From: an uncultured delta proteobacterium
GTDB taxonomy: Bacteria > Desulfobacterota > Binatia > HRBIN30 > BPIQ01
Length of the DNA: 64,000 nucleotides
NCBI GenBank assembly: GCA_963761335.1
Contig: CAVXGR010000018.1
Coordinates: 1,123,522 to 1,187,521 of the forward strand
Direction of reading: 5' to 3'
The notes under the pieces are model-generated. The model worked only from the letters and a program-made list of their open reading frames with translations. It did not search any database and was not told the DNA's origin. Position 1 is the first letter of the stretch, and the number at the start of each line of letters is the position of its first letter. The position numbers were made by a program, and so were the translations under genes. Shown here piece after piece: positions 1-9,993 of the stretch.

Positions 1-2
1 CC

Positions 3-698
3 GTCGAGGCGGGCTGGGCGCCGGAGGCGCTGCTCGACACCTATCAGGTCGAACGACAGCCGGTGGCGCGCTACAACGCCGACCAGAGCCTGCAAAACGC
101 GGTGCGCCTCCTCGAAGTTCCCCGCGCCCTCGGCTTCAGCGAAGACGCCGAGACCGCCAGGAAGGGATTCGCCGAGGTGTTCACCGACCCCGAACGCCGC
201 CGCCAGGTCGAAGAGGCAATCGCCAATCAGGCGGAGCACTTCGACATGCTCGGCCTGCAGCTCGGATTCAGCTACGAGGAGGGCGCCGTCGCCGGCGACG
301 GCAGCCAGCCGCCGGTGCCGGCGAATCCGGTGCGCGATTTCATTCCCAGCAGTCGGCCCGGATCGCGCCTGCCGCACGGTTGGGTTGGGAAGGGAGGCCA
401 GCGGCTTTCCAGCCTCGACCTGGTGGAGTGGCAGGGCTTCACCTTGCTGGCCGGCGGCGACGCCTCTCCGTGGCTGGATGCCGCGGCGGCCATCGACTCC
501 GTGCCGATGCGCGCTCTGCAGGTCGGCCGCGACTTCGATGATCCCGCCGAATGGTGGAGCCGGAGCGCCGGCATGGAGCCGGGCGGCGCCCTGCTGCTGC
601 GCCCCGACCAGCACGTCGCCTGGCGCTCGCGCGGTGCCGCCTCCGGCGACGCTTCCGCCGAGCTGCGCTCCGCGATTGCGGCGATCCTCGGCCGCTGA
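3..698 (+). CDS. FAD-dependent aromatic monooxygenase, C-terminal part (5'-truncated by window)
   Basis: Frame is open from the window start (ALLDTYQVERQPV). It has the RPGSRLPH and LLLRPDQHVAWR motifs typical of the PheA/TfdB-type hydroxylase C-terminus. Confidence 0.85.
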   Translation, partial: VEAGWAPEALLDTYQVERQPVARYNADQSLQNAVRLLEVPRALGFSEDAETARKGFAEVFTDPERRRQVEEAIANQAEHFDMLGLQLGFSYEEGAVAGDGSQPPVPANPVRDFIPSSRPGSRLPHGWVGKGGQRLSSLDLVEWQGFTLLAGGDASPWLDAAAAIDSVPMRALQVGRDFDDPAEWWSRSAGMEPGGALLLRPDQHVAWRSRGAASGDASAELRSAIAAILGR

Positions 699-851
699 GC
701 AGCGTTCTCGCACTCCGCAGGCGCGCGACTCCCGCGAACGTTCACTGCAATCCTTTGCAGTCTCTCCGCGGGTCGTGGCACCCACTCGGCTCACCGCCGA
801 TCGCGATGAGCGGTGGCATGTCCGTTGCTGTTGACGCAGCGAATCGGACTG

Positions 852-3263
852 ATGATGCGGTCGCCGGCGCGAGGTGGGAAGAATACGTCGACGGCACTGG
901 CGCGGGCGATTGCCGTGCCGTGTGTCGTCCTGCTGCAGGCGTGCGTCGTCTCCGCTGCCTGCGCGGTAGGGGGAACATCGAGCTTGCCGGCTCCGGCGAG
1001 CATCTATCTGCGCAGCTATCGCGCCTCGCTCGGCACTCCGAGCCGGGTCGCCGTCGACGACTCCGGCAACACCTATGTTGCCGATCCCGGTCTGCGGCAG
1101 GTCCTCGTGCGCGCCCCCAGCGGCCGCATTCTCTCCCGCGCAGAGAACCTCGGTCGGCCGCTCGGCATCGCCGTGGGAGACACCGGCACGGTGTATGTCG
1201 GCGACGTCGATACGGGCAGCGTCACTGCCTTCGACGCCGACTGGCAACCACTCTTCCAGCTCGGCCAGGGGGCAGGGGAGTTCTCGAGGCCGAACGACAT
1301 CGCGGTCGATGCCGCCACGGGGAACGTCTATGTCGCCGACACCGCGGCGCAGCAGATCAAGGTCTACACTGCCACCGGCTCGCTTCTCAGCAGCTTTGGC
1401 GGGCAGGGCGCGGGCGACGGGCTATTCAATTTTCCTGCAGGCGTCTACGTGGACGCGGCGGCGCGACAGGTCCTGGTCGCGGATCAGCTGAACTACCGCA
1501 TTCAGATCTTCGACGTGCAGGGCAACTTTCTCTCCTGCTTCGGAGCTCAGGGGAGCAGTCCCGGCCGATTCAACATGCCGCAGGGCGTAACCGCCGACGG
1601 CCAGGGTCGGGTGTACGTCGCCGACGCGCTCGAGGGCCGCATCCAGGTGCTCGATCGCAATGGCGCCTTCCTTGGATACGTCGGCGATTTTGGCGAGGCC
1701 GGAGGGCAGCTGCGCATTCCCACGGGACTGGCGATCGATCCGTCGAACCGGCTGTTCGTCGCCGCGGCGAACAACGCCCGCCTGGAGATCTATGGCCTGG
1801 ACGCCTTCTCGGATCCGGAGACTGTACTGCCGGCAGTGGTGCGCATGCAGCCGCAGCTGATCGACAGGGCGATTCCCAACGGCGCGGTCGCTGCCGACGT
1901 CGAGGTTCCCGGGTACACGCTCGAGCAGATCGTCCCGGGCAGCATGACCGTCAATGGCGTCGCGCCGATGAGCCCGCCCGCAATCGGCGACCGGGACAAC
2001 GACGGCGTTCCGGACGTCCGCCTGGAGCTCGACCGCGCGGCGTTGCTGGCGACGCTTCCCGCCGCGGGCAGCGGCGCGATCGCGGTCTCCGGAATGCTGG
2101 GAGAGCTGCGGCTCGAAGGTTCCGCGGCCGTGCAGGTGGCGACCTGTGCTCCGCAAACGAAGTGCCCTCTCGGCAACGCCGATCCGCAGTGCAACGACGC
2201 CGTGTGTGTCGACGGCGTCGGATGCACGGTGCAGCCGAAGACGGAAGGTAGCGGCTGTGAGGACGGCGATGCCTGTACGGTCGAGGACACCTGCAGTGCC
2301 GGAGTCTGCGCGGGCGCCGTCTTGACCTGTGACGATCTCAACCCCTGCACCGACGACAGCTGCGATGCGGTCACCGGATGCGTGTTCTCGAACAATACAG
2401 CCGTCTGCGATGACGCCGACCCCGGCACTGTCGGCGACCTCTGCGACGGGCAGGGGCAGTGCCTCGGGCGGGTCGTCACCGGGCGCTACGCGGTCCTCGA
2501 GAGCCCGGTCGATACCCGGAGACACAATGCCGTGTCGATCGGCCGTCGCGCTCTCATGGGCGGTGACGTCTGCGGTGAGAGTCTTCGCTTGGGATCCTTC
2601 GCGCACATCGACGGCACCGCGGTGGGTTGGGCGTCCGTGGGCAGAGCCGTGGCTCTCCACCGCAATAGCCAGGTGACCGGCGACGTGGTGACCGGCGGTG
2701 CGAGCGTGGTTTTGATGCCGCCGGCAAACATCGGCGGCCAGATCGACCAGAGCGGCACGGGCGCCGCGGTCAGCGACTGCGCCGCGGCCCGTTACCGCGC
2801 GGACAGCCGCCGCGCGGAGTGGACGGCACAGGTGCCGTCACCCGGCTACGCTCAGGGGCGGATTGCGGTGCGACGCGGAGACACCATGCGGCTGCCTTCG
2901 TCCGGAACGCTGGGAACGGGCGCGATCTTGATCGACACCGCCGGCGTCCGCCTGGGGCCGGCGAGCACGCTCACTCTGGTCGGCGATGCCTCCACGGAGA
3001 CGGTGGTGGTGCGGGTTCACGGCAAGCTCTCGCTCGGCTCGGCCGCGCGTCTGGAAGCCCAGGGGGTGCCGCCGGAACGCGTTATGGTGATGGTCGATGG
3101 GCCGGTGTTCCTGCACCGCGGGGCGGCGCTCGCCGGCTCTCTCTCGGCGAGCGGCCATGTCCGGCTCGGGAACGCCAGCGCCGTCAGCGGCGCGGTGCTC
3201 GGCGATCACGTCGACGTGGCCTCGGACGCCAGGGTGACTCTTCACCCGTTCATCGGTTGGTAG
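852..3263 (+). CDS. Secreted NHL-repeat beta-propeller protein with Cys-rich repeats and a C-terminal beta-rich domain
   Basis: Six NHL-like repeats (PxxIAVD..G.VYVAD), CDDxNPCTxDxC repeats and a hydrophobic N-terminus. Start codon uncertain (813/852/855). Confidence 0.8.
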   Translation: MMRSPARGGKNTSTALARAIAVPCVVLLQACVVSAACAVGGTSSLPAPASIYLRSYRASLGTPSRVAVDDSGNTYVADPGLRQVLVRAPSGRILSRAENLGRPLGIAVGDTGTVYVGDVDTGSVTAFDADWQPLFQLGQGAGEFSRPNDIAVDAATGNVYVADTAAQQIKVYTATGSLLSSFGGQGAGDGLFNFPAGVYVDAAARQVLVADQLNYRIQIFDVQGNFLSCFGAQGSSPGRFNMPQGVTADGQGRVYVADALEGRIQVLDRNGAFLGYVGDFGEAGGQLRIPTGLAIDPSNRLFVAAANNARLEIYGLDAFSDPETVLPAVVRMQPQLIDRAIPNGAVAADVEVPGYTLEQIVPGSMTVNGVAPMSPPAIGDRDNDGVPDVRLELDRAALLATLPAAGSGAIAVSGMLGELRLEGSAAVQVATCAPQTKCPLGNADPQCNDAVCVDGVGCTVQPKTEGSGCEDGDACTVEDTCSAGVCAGAVLTCDDLNPCTDDSCDAVTGCVFSNNTAVCDDADPGTVGDLCDGQGQCLGRVVTGRYAVLESPVDTRRHNAVSIGRRALMGGDVCGESLRLGSFAHIDGTAVGWASVGRAVALHRNSQVTGDVVTGGASVVLMPPANIGGQIDQSGTGAAVSDCAAARYRADSRRAEWTAQVPSPGYAQGRIAVRRGDTMRLPSSGTLGTGAILIDTAGVRLGPASTLTLVGDASTETVVVRVHGKLSLGSAARLEAQGVPPERVMVMVDGPVFLHRGAALAGSLSASGHVRLGNASAVSGAVLGDHVDVASDARVTLHPFIGW

Positions 3264-3269
3264 GATTGC

Positions 3270-5924
3270 GTGAGACGAGCTGCACTCCATACTCTCTCGC
3301 TGCTCTTCGGGCTGGTGTGCCTGGCTCCGGGAGGCTCCTGGGCGCTCGACCCGCCGCACGATGCCAGTCAGTCGATCGACTGCGGCAACTGCCACATCAC
3401 CCACCACGCCCCGGGAGGAGCGATCACCAAGGTCGCCGGCAACCCGAACCTGTGCATGAGCTGCCATACGCCCGGAGGGATGGCGTCCGCGAAGCCCTTT
3501 GCCGATGCGGATGAGGCGATTCCGGGCGCCGGCGGCACTTCGCACCGATGGGACTCGGGCGCCTCGGGCTGGGTGAAGGCCGATCCGGCGAATACCTCGG
3601 CCGGCACCGTGCGGTCGAGTGGCAGCTTCAGCGGCCGCTATGCGAAGAGCTACACGATCGCCATCGAGACGCCCGGAGAGACAGGGGTTGCGACCTTCGC
3701 TTGGAGCACCTCGGCGGCGACCAGCGACACCTACCGCGACGATTTCAGCACCATCTCCTTCAGCGCCTCGAATGGGTCGCGCGACTGGAGCGGCAGTCCG
3801 TGGCAGGAGGTCGTCGAGGCGGACGGTGTCGGTGCTGGCGTCGTGCGCGTGGTCGCCAGCACGGCCTGCGCCAGTGGCAACTGCCTGCGCATCGGCGGCG
3901 GCACCATCGACATGCGCGGCCTGCGCCGCGCCGCGGATCTGAGCGGCGCCAGCTCGGCGATGCTGACCTTCAGCTATCGCCGGCAGCTGGCAACCTGTCC
4001 CAACACCAGCACCGCCAACGTCGCCTTCGAGGTGAGTAGCGACGGAAACGCCTGGACCACCCTGGCGACCTACGACCTGAACGCCTGCGACAGCGCCCCT
4101 GTGGCGCAGGCGTTCGACGCCACGGATTTCGTGTCGCCGGCACTGCAGATCCGCTTCCGGGGGGTGGGCACCGCCGGCACCAATGATTTCATCTACGTCG
4201 ATGACGTGCAGGTCGAGGGGCTGCTCCGCGGTGAGGGAGCCACCGGGGTGCTCAGCGGCGCCGACGTGCCACTCAACGAAGGCGTCAGCCTGAGCTTCGG
4301 CAACGGCGCGGCGCCGCCGTCGTTCGATCTCGGCGATCAGTGGACGGTCTATGCCCTTCCGGACATCAACCAGCCCACAACCCCAGCGCTCTTGGCGCGA
4401 CTCGCGGGCGGCAAGATCACCTGCTCGACCTGCCACAACCAGCACAGCCAGCTCGCCGAGCCGTTCGACCCGGCCGCGCCCGCGTATCCGATGTCGGCGC
4501 CGGGCGGCGAGGGGAGGCACAACCAGAGGGTCGACAACGAGACCAACCAGATGTGCATCGATTGCCACAGCGCGCGGAGCGTGATGGCCGCGGCACAGGG
4601 GTCGCATCCCGTCGGTGTCGCGATTCCGGGCGGGCAGTACAGAGCGCCGTCGCTGCTGCCGTTGGATATCGTCAGCAACTCCGTGCAGTGCATGTCGTGC
4701 CACCAGCTCCACGACAGCCCGACCAGCGACGGCTCGCTCGCCCGGATCGCCGATGCCACGGCGCTGTGCTCCGACTGCCACACCCTGGCCGACACCAGCG
4801 CGCCGGCCTCGCATTTGAGCCCGTCGAGCGGCGTCCTGTGGCCGGGACCGCAGTACGGGACGCGCTTCCCGGGCATCACCGATGCGTCGAAGAGGGGAGC
4901 CTGCACCAACTGTCATCAGCCCCACGGATGGCCCGACGGCGAAAACCCCGCAGCCGACTATCCCGCCCTGCTGGTCAACCGGGAGGAGGGTCTCTGCTTC
5001 GCCTGCCACGACGGCAGCCCGGCGGCGACCAACGTGCTGCTGCAGTTTACCAAGAGCTACCGGCATCCGACGACGGACTACAGCGGCCGGCACGATCCGG
5101 CGGAAGGCGGCGACGCCGCCCGCTTCGGTACCGGCAATCGCCACGCCGAGTGTGAAGATTGCCACAACCCGCACGTTGCCGGCGGCGACGGCACGGCTCC
5201 GAGCGCACCGGCGGCCTCGAGACGCATCGCCGGCGTGAGTCGCGTGGCGGTCACCAACGGCGCCGCGGCAACGGTGCCGGCATTCACCTTCCGAGGTCCA
5301 CAGGACGGCACGCCCGCTTCGGAGTACGAGCTCTGCTTCAAGTGCCACTCGTCATGGACGACGCAGCCCGCCGGTCAGCCGGACATGGCGGTGAGGTTCA
5401 ACACCAGCAATCCGTCGTTTCACCCGGTGGAGGCGCCGGGCAAGAACACGAACATCCGTGCCGGCGGCTTCGTTAACGGCTGGTCGGCGAGCAGCACAGT
5501 CTACTGCACGGACTGCCACACCAGCGAGGATCCCACGGTGCGCGGCCCGCACGGATCGCAGTATGCGTATCTGCTCAAGCGGCCCTTCGTTGCCAGCAGC
5601 AGCCGCCGCACCATGGCCTCGACCGAGGAGTGCTTCGACTGCCACAGCTTCAATACGTACGCCAACACGCAGAGCAGCGACACGGTGCAAGGCTACAGCC
5701 GCTTCAACCGGCCAAGCTTCGAGGAAGGGCACTCCTTTCACGTGGTCGAGAAGCGGGCGCCGTGCTACGCCTGCCACGACTCGCACGGCTCGGGCAGCTT
5801 GCCGCACCTGATCGTCACCGGCCGCAATCCGGGGATCAACAGCTACACGGAGACGTCGACCGGAGGCAGCTGCTCCCCGACCTGCCACGAGCGCGAGAGC
5901 TACCGCCTCAATTACGCCCGATGA
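3270..5924 (+). CDS. Large multiheme cytochrome c (13 CxxCH + 1 CxxxCH) with a heme-free insert
   Basis: Signal peptide and counted heme motifs; a ~300 aa motif-free stretch lies between hemes 2 and 3. Confidence 0.92.
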   Translation: MRRAALHTLSLLFGLVCLAPGGSWALDPPHDASQSIDCGNCHITHHAPGGAITKVAGNPNLCMSCHTPGGMASAKPFADADEAIPGAGGTSHRWDSGASGWVKADPANTSAGTVRSSGSFSGRYAKSYTIAIETPGETGVATFAWSTSAATSDTYRDDFSTISFSASNGSRDWSGSPWQEVVEADGVGAGVVRVVASTACASGNCLRIGGGTIDMRGLRRAADLSGASSAMLTFSYRRQLATCPNTSTANVAFEVSSDGNAWTTLATYDLNACDSAPVAQAFDATDFVSPALQIRFRGVGTAGTNDFIYVDDVQVEGLLRGEGATGVLSGADVPLNEGVSLSFGNGAAPPSFDLGDQWTVYALPDINQPTTPALLARLAGGKITCSTCHNQHSQLAEPFDPAAPAYPMSAPGGEGRHNQRVDNETNQMCIDCHSARSVMAAAQGSHPVGVAIPGGQYRAPSLLPLDIVSNSVQCMSCHQLHDSPTSDGSLARIADATALCSDCHTLADTSAPASHLSPSSGVLWPGPQYGTRFPGITDASKRGACTNCHQPHGWPDGENPAADYPALLVNREEGLCFACHDGSPAATNVLLQFTKSYRHPTTDYSGRHDPAEGGDAARFGTGNRHAECEDCHNPHVAGGDGTAPSAPAASRRIAGVSRVAVTNGAAATVPAFTFRGPQDGTPASEYELCFKCHSSWTTQPAGQPDMAVRFNTSNPSFHPVEAPGKNTNIRAGGFVNGWSASSTVYCTDCHTSEDPTVRGPHGSQYAYLLKRPFVASSSRRTMASTEECFDCHSFNTYANTQSSDTVQGYSRFNRPSFEEGHSFHVVEKRAPCYACHDSHGSGSLPHLIVTGRNPGINSYTETSTGGSCSPTCHERESYRLNYAR

Positions 5925-5953
5925 TCGGGCGCACCCCCGGTGCGCCCGCCGTC

Positions 5954-7264
5954 TCAGGCGGTGCCGTACTTGGTTTCGACCTGAACGCCGATGTCCCGGA
6001 GAAACTGGGTCGGCAGAATACCGCCGGCGCAGACGATCACGGCGTCGTTCGGCAGGATCGTGCTGGCTCCGCGCTGCTCGATGACGACGCGCTCGTCTTC
6101 GATCTCGACGACGTTCGACTCGAGCATGATGCTCAGCCTTCCGCACGCTTCGGCGCCTTGCAGGCGGTCGCGGTTCGCCTGCCGGGCGCGCGAGGTCGCC
6201 CTGCCGCGATAGGAGAGGGTCACGGTCGTCCCGGGTCGCTCCGCCAGGGCCACTGCGGCCTCGATGGCGCTGTCGCCGCCGCCGACCACGAGGACGTGCT
6301 TGCCGTCGTACTGGGCGGGATCGATCATGCGATAGACGACCTTGGGCAGGTCCTCGCCGCCGACGCCCAGCTTGCGGGGCGTGCCGCGACGGCCGATGGC
6401 CAGCAGGATGGCGCGCGTGCGGTACGATTGGCGCGAGGTGTGTACGGCGAAGACGTCGCCCTCGCGGGCGATGGACTCGACGCGCTCGTTGTAGCGGATC
6501 CGCAGCCCGGTGCGCTGCTCGATGTCTTCCCAGAATGACAGCAGGGCTTCTTTGGTCGTCTCCCGCAGGCTGGTCTTGCCGACGATGGCGAGCTTGACGG
6601 GCGCGGTCATGACGATCTTGCCGCGCGGGTAATGGGAGACGGTGCCGCCGCGGGTCTCCTGCTCGACGGTGACGAAGCGGAGCTGCTGCTCGAGTGCGGC
6701 GAGGGAAGCGGAGATGCCCGCCGGCCCGGCGCCGACGATCAGGACGTCGAGGTCGGAGCTGTTGGAGGTGCGCCGTTGGTTGGCGATTGCGGCGATCGCC
6801 TGCCGCCCCTGTTCGGCGGCGTTGTGGATCAGCCCCATGCCGCCGAGCTCGCCGGCGATGAAGATTCCTCGGACGTTGGTCTCGAACTCCGGGCCGACCA
6901 GGGGAATGTCGACGCCGCGCCGCGCGGTGCCGAACACCAGCTCGATCGCCTTGGTCGGGCAGGCCTGCTTGCAGGCACCATGGCCGATGCAGTGGCTGGG
7001 GTTGACGAGATGCGCCTTGCCGTCGATCACGCCGAGGACGTCGCCCTCGGGGCACGCGGCGACGCAGGAGCGACAGCCGATGCAGTGCACCGGGTCGATG
7101 AGCGGGTGCAGGGTGGGCGGATCGGTGAGCCCCGCCTCGGTCGCCTCGCGCAGCATGCGCACGCTGCGTCGATGATGGGCGGCGCGGCGCGCCCAGTAGA
7201 TGCCCCAGATCAGCGCCATGGGCGCGGCATAGGCGGCAAACCACAGAGCGTCGCTGTCCATCAT
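5954..7264 (-). CDS. Membrane-anchored 2[4Fe-4S] ferredoxin / thioredoxin-reductase-like FAD oxidoreductase fusion
   Basis: N-terminal TM helix, CIGCRSCVAACP and CIGHGACKQACP clusters, GAGPAG and VVGGGDSA Rossmann motifs. Start set at MMDSD. Confidence 0.88.
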   Translation of the reverse strand: MMDSDALWFAAYAAPMALIWGIYWARRAAHHRRSVRMLREATEAGLTDPPTLHPLIDPVHCIGCRSCVAACPEGDVLGVIDGKAHLVNPSHCIGHGACKQACPTKAIELVFGTARRGVDIPLVGPEFETNVRGIFIAGELGGMGLIHNAAEQGRQAIAAIANQRRTSNSSDLDVLIVGAGPAGISASLAALEQQLRFVTVEQETRGGTVSHYPRGKIVMTAPVKLAIVGKTSLRETTKEALLSFWEDIEQRTGLRIRYNERVESIAREGDVFAVHTSRQSYRTRAILLAIGRRGTPRKLGVGGEDLPKVVYRMIDPAQYDGKHVLVVGGGDSAIEAAVALAERPGTTVTLSYRGRATSRARQANRDRLQGAEACGRLSIMLESNVVEIEDERVVIEQRGASTILPNDAVIVCAGGILPTQFLRDIGVQVETKYGTA

Positions 7265-7544
7265 CGCAGCGCGGGATACTTCCAGAAGATCGTCCCGAGT
7301 CAAGACGATTGCGAGGGCGAACCGCAGAGGAAGAAGAGAGAAGAAATGAAAGGACGCAGAGAGATAGAGCGGTAGAGGAGGCGTCCTGCAAGTTTCTGCA
7401 GAAGGGTGATGGCGGACCGCGCAAATTCTTGCCGTACGCGGGCGTGTCGCGCGGCGCTCACCGGATGCATCGTTGGAATCCCGGTTGCGGGCACAGCGAT
7501 TGCTGCGCAATGACCTCTCGGTGGCCGGAAGCGGAAGATCAACA

Positions 7545-8456
7545 ATGGTTGTCGAAGCAGCTCCCCGGATGAAACGGCTGCCGCTGCTGGCGCTGCCGGC
7601 CACGCGCGCGGCGCGGGTGCGCCGCTCGGGTACGGCACTGCGGGTCGCCGTGCTCGTCCTCTCGACGGTCGCCTGCGGTTGGCTGCTGCGCGACCGCATC
7701 CCGCTCACGCCCAAATCGGGTCCCGGCTACGGGCTCGGCATTGCGGGCGGAGTCACCATGCTGGTTCTCGGGCTCTATCCGGCGCGCAAGAACCTGCGAT
7801 TCATGCGCAGCTGGGGCCGGCTGAGCGAGTGGTTCCACATCCACATGATTCTCGGAGTGGTGGGGCCGCTGCTCATCCTGTTCCACTGTGATTTTCACCT
7901 GGGAGCGCCGAACAGCAGCGTGGCGCTCGCCTCGATGCTGTTGGTGGCGACCAGCGGCGTCATCGGCCGCTACATCTATACCCACATCAACCACGGCCTC
8001 TACGGCGCGCGCGCGACGCTCGAGGAGCTCCACCAGCAGCTCGACCTGAGCGCCCATACGCTCGGCGATCTGCTGCCGCCGGCGTCGCGCGCCTCTCAGC
8101 GGCTGGCCGCGTTTGCGGCGCGGGCGCAGGCGCCGCAGCGGACGATCGCCGGGCGCTTCGTCCGGGTTGCCGGTCTGCCGCTGCTCGCCCGCCTGGAGCA
8201 CGGCCGCGTGCGTCGCGATCTGCGCGCCGACCTCGACGCCGAGGCGGGGCGCAGCGGCTGGGATGCGCGGGCGCGGCGCACCGCCGAGGAAACGATCGGC
8301 GAGATGATCGCCTCGTACATCGCCGCTCTGGTCAAGGAGGTGCAGTTCAGCGCCTACCAGCGCCTGGCCTCCCTCTGGCATGCCGTTCACGTGCCGCTCT
8401 TCATCATGCTGATCCTCACGGCCATCGTGCACGTCATCGCCGTGCACATGTACTGA
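7545..8456 (+). CDS. His-rich integral membrane protein (probable heme-b / ferric-reductase-like TM domain)
   Basis: Several TM segments carrying WFHIHM..LFH and LWHAVHVP..IVHVIAVH; sits next to cytochrome genes. Confidence 0.7.
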   Translation: MVVEAAPRMKRLPLLALPATRAARVRRSGTALRVAVLVLSTVACGWLLRDRIPLTPKSGPGYGLGIAGGVTMLVLGLYPARKNLRFMRSWGRLSEWFHIHMILGVVGPLLILFHCDFHLGAPNSSVALASMLLVATSGVIGRYIYTHINHGLYGARATLEELHQQLDLSAHTLGDLLPPASRASQRLAAFAARAQAPQRTIAGRFVRVAGLPLLARLEHGRVRRDLRADLDAEAGRSGWDARARRTAEETIGEMIASYIAALVKEVQFSAYQRLASLWHAVHVPLFIMLILTAIVHVIAVHMY

Positions 8457-8503
8457 GCCGCTCGGCGAGACGGTCGGTCGCTCTGGACACCGCAGCGCAG
8501 AGG

Positions 8504-9850
8504 TTGTGGGTCGCCGGATGCCTCGGCGTCCTGGCAAGCGCCATGTTCGGCACGGCTGCGGCCCGAGCCTCGTGGGTCGAGCCGCTGCTGATGCCCGGCG
8601 AGGTCGCCGCCAAGCACGCGAAGCTCGAGCACCAGTGCGAGAAGTGTCACGCGCCCTTCGACAAGCAGGCGCAGGATCGCCTGTGCCTCGCCTGCCATGA
8701 GGAGGTGGCCGCGGATCTCGGCGAGAAGCGCGGTTACCACGGCCGCGACCCGGCGGTGAGCGGCCAGGTCTGCAAGACGTGCCATACCGAGCACGAGGGA
8801 CGCGATGCCGAGATCGTGCGGCTCAATCGGCACACCTTCGAGCACCGCTACACCGACATGCCGCTGCGCGAGGCGCACCTGCGCGTTCCCTGCGAGCAGT
8901 GCCACGCGGCCGGCAAGCGCTATCGCGATGCGGCTGCGGAGTGCAGCCATTGCCACGGCCAGCGGGATCCGCACGAGGGCTCGGTGGGGGCGGCCTGCGA
9001 CCGCTGTCACCAGGAGAGCGCCTGGAAGACGGTGCGTTTCGATCACGATGCAGCGTTCCGCCTCGAAGGCCGGCATCGCCAGGCCGAATGTCAGAAGTGT
9101 CACCCGAGCAAGCGTTACAAGCCGACGGCGAGAGACTGCCACACCTGCCACCAGAGCCAGGATCGGCACCGCGGCGCGCTGGGCATGGAGTGTCAGTCCT
9201 GTCACACGCCGCGCGCCTGGTCGACGACCTTTGATCACCGCCGCCGGACGCATTTCCCGTTGCAGGGACGGCATGCGGGTGCCGCCTGCGAGAGCTGCCA
9301 CCGGCCGGGAATGGCGGCCGCGGACGCGCCGACGAGCTGTCGGGGGTGCCATGAACGCGACGACGCGCACCAGGGGCGATTCGGCCCCGCCTGCGAGAGC
9401 TGTCACGTCCCCGTGGAGTGGCGCCGTCACACCTTCGACCACGCCCGCAGCGCCGGCTATCCGCTCCGCGGCCGACACGCCGCGGCGCCGTGCACCGCAT
9501 GCCACCGCGGGGCCGTTCGCCAGGAGCACCTCCAAACCGCTTGCGTCTCCTGCCATCGCGCCGACGATGTGCACCACGGCAGCCAGGGAAGCAACTGCAA
9601 GGGCTGCCACGACGAAGGCGGGTGGAGCCGCGGCGTGCTGATCGATCACGACAGCACGCGTTTCCCGCTGAGCGGAGCCCATGTGCGCCTCACCTGCATG
9701 CAGTGTCACATGTCTTCCTCGTTCAAGGACGTGGCCCGCGACTGCATGGGCTGTCACCAGAAGGACGACGTGCATCGCGGCCGTCTCGGGCCGCGCTGCG
9801 AGCGCTGCCACGAGGCGTCGTCGTTCAAGGTGACCCACGAGCCGCGGTGA
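8504..9850 (+). CDS. Multiheme cytochrome c, 18 CxxCH
   Basis: Signal peptide; 18 CxxCH motifs in repeating FDH..xxFPLxGxH triheme units. Confidence 0.93.
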   Translation: MWVAGCLGVLASAMFGTAAARASWVEPLLMPGEVAAKHAKLEHQCEKCHAPFDKQAQDRLCLACHEEVAADLGEKRGYHGRDPAVSGQVCKTCHTEHEGRDAEIVRLNRHTFEHRYTDMPLREAHLRVPCEQCHAAGKRYRDAAAECSHCHGQRDPHEGSVGAACDRCHQESAWKTVRFDHDAAFRLEGRHRQAECQKCHPSKRYKPTARDCHTCHQSQDRHRGALGMECQSCHTPRAWSTTFDHRRRTHFPLQGRHAGAACESCHRPGMAAADAPTSCRGCHERDDAHQGRFGPACESCHVPVEWRRHTFDHARSAGYPLRGRHAAAPCTACHRGAVRQEHLQTACVSCHRADDVHHGSQGSNCKGCHDEGGWSRGVLIDHDSTRFPLSGAHVRLTCMQCHMSSSFKDVARDCMGCHQKDDVHRGRLGPRCERCHEASSFKVTHEPR

Positions 9851-9993
9851 GAGAGGCGTTCCGGTGCAACTTCTTGCAGTGCGCGAATCGAGAGGCCGCA
9901 AGCGTTTGCAGGGCATGTGTCCAGGTTGACAGATCCCGTCCGTGCCCTTCACCGAGTGCGCATGGGTACGCTTCTTGCCTTGCCCGGAGCAGC

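Noticed and set aside
2838..5348. Long antisense and alternate-frame ORFs (also 13420-15798, 37021-39578 and others)
   Set aside because: Shadow ORFs expected at high GC; they overlap well-supported genes and lack recognisable motifs.
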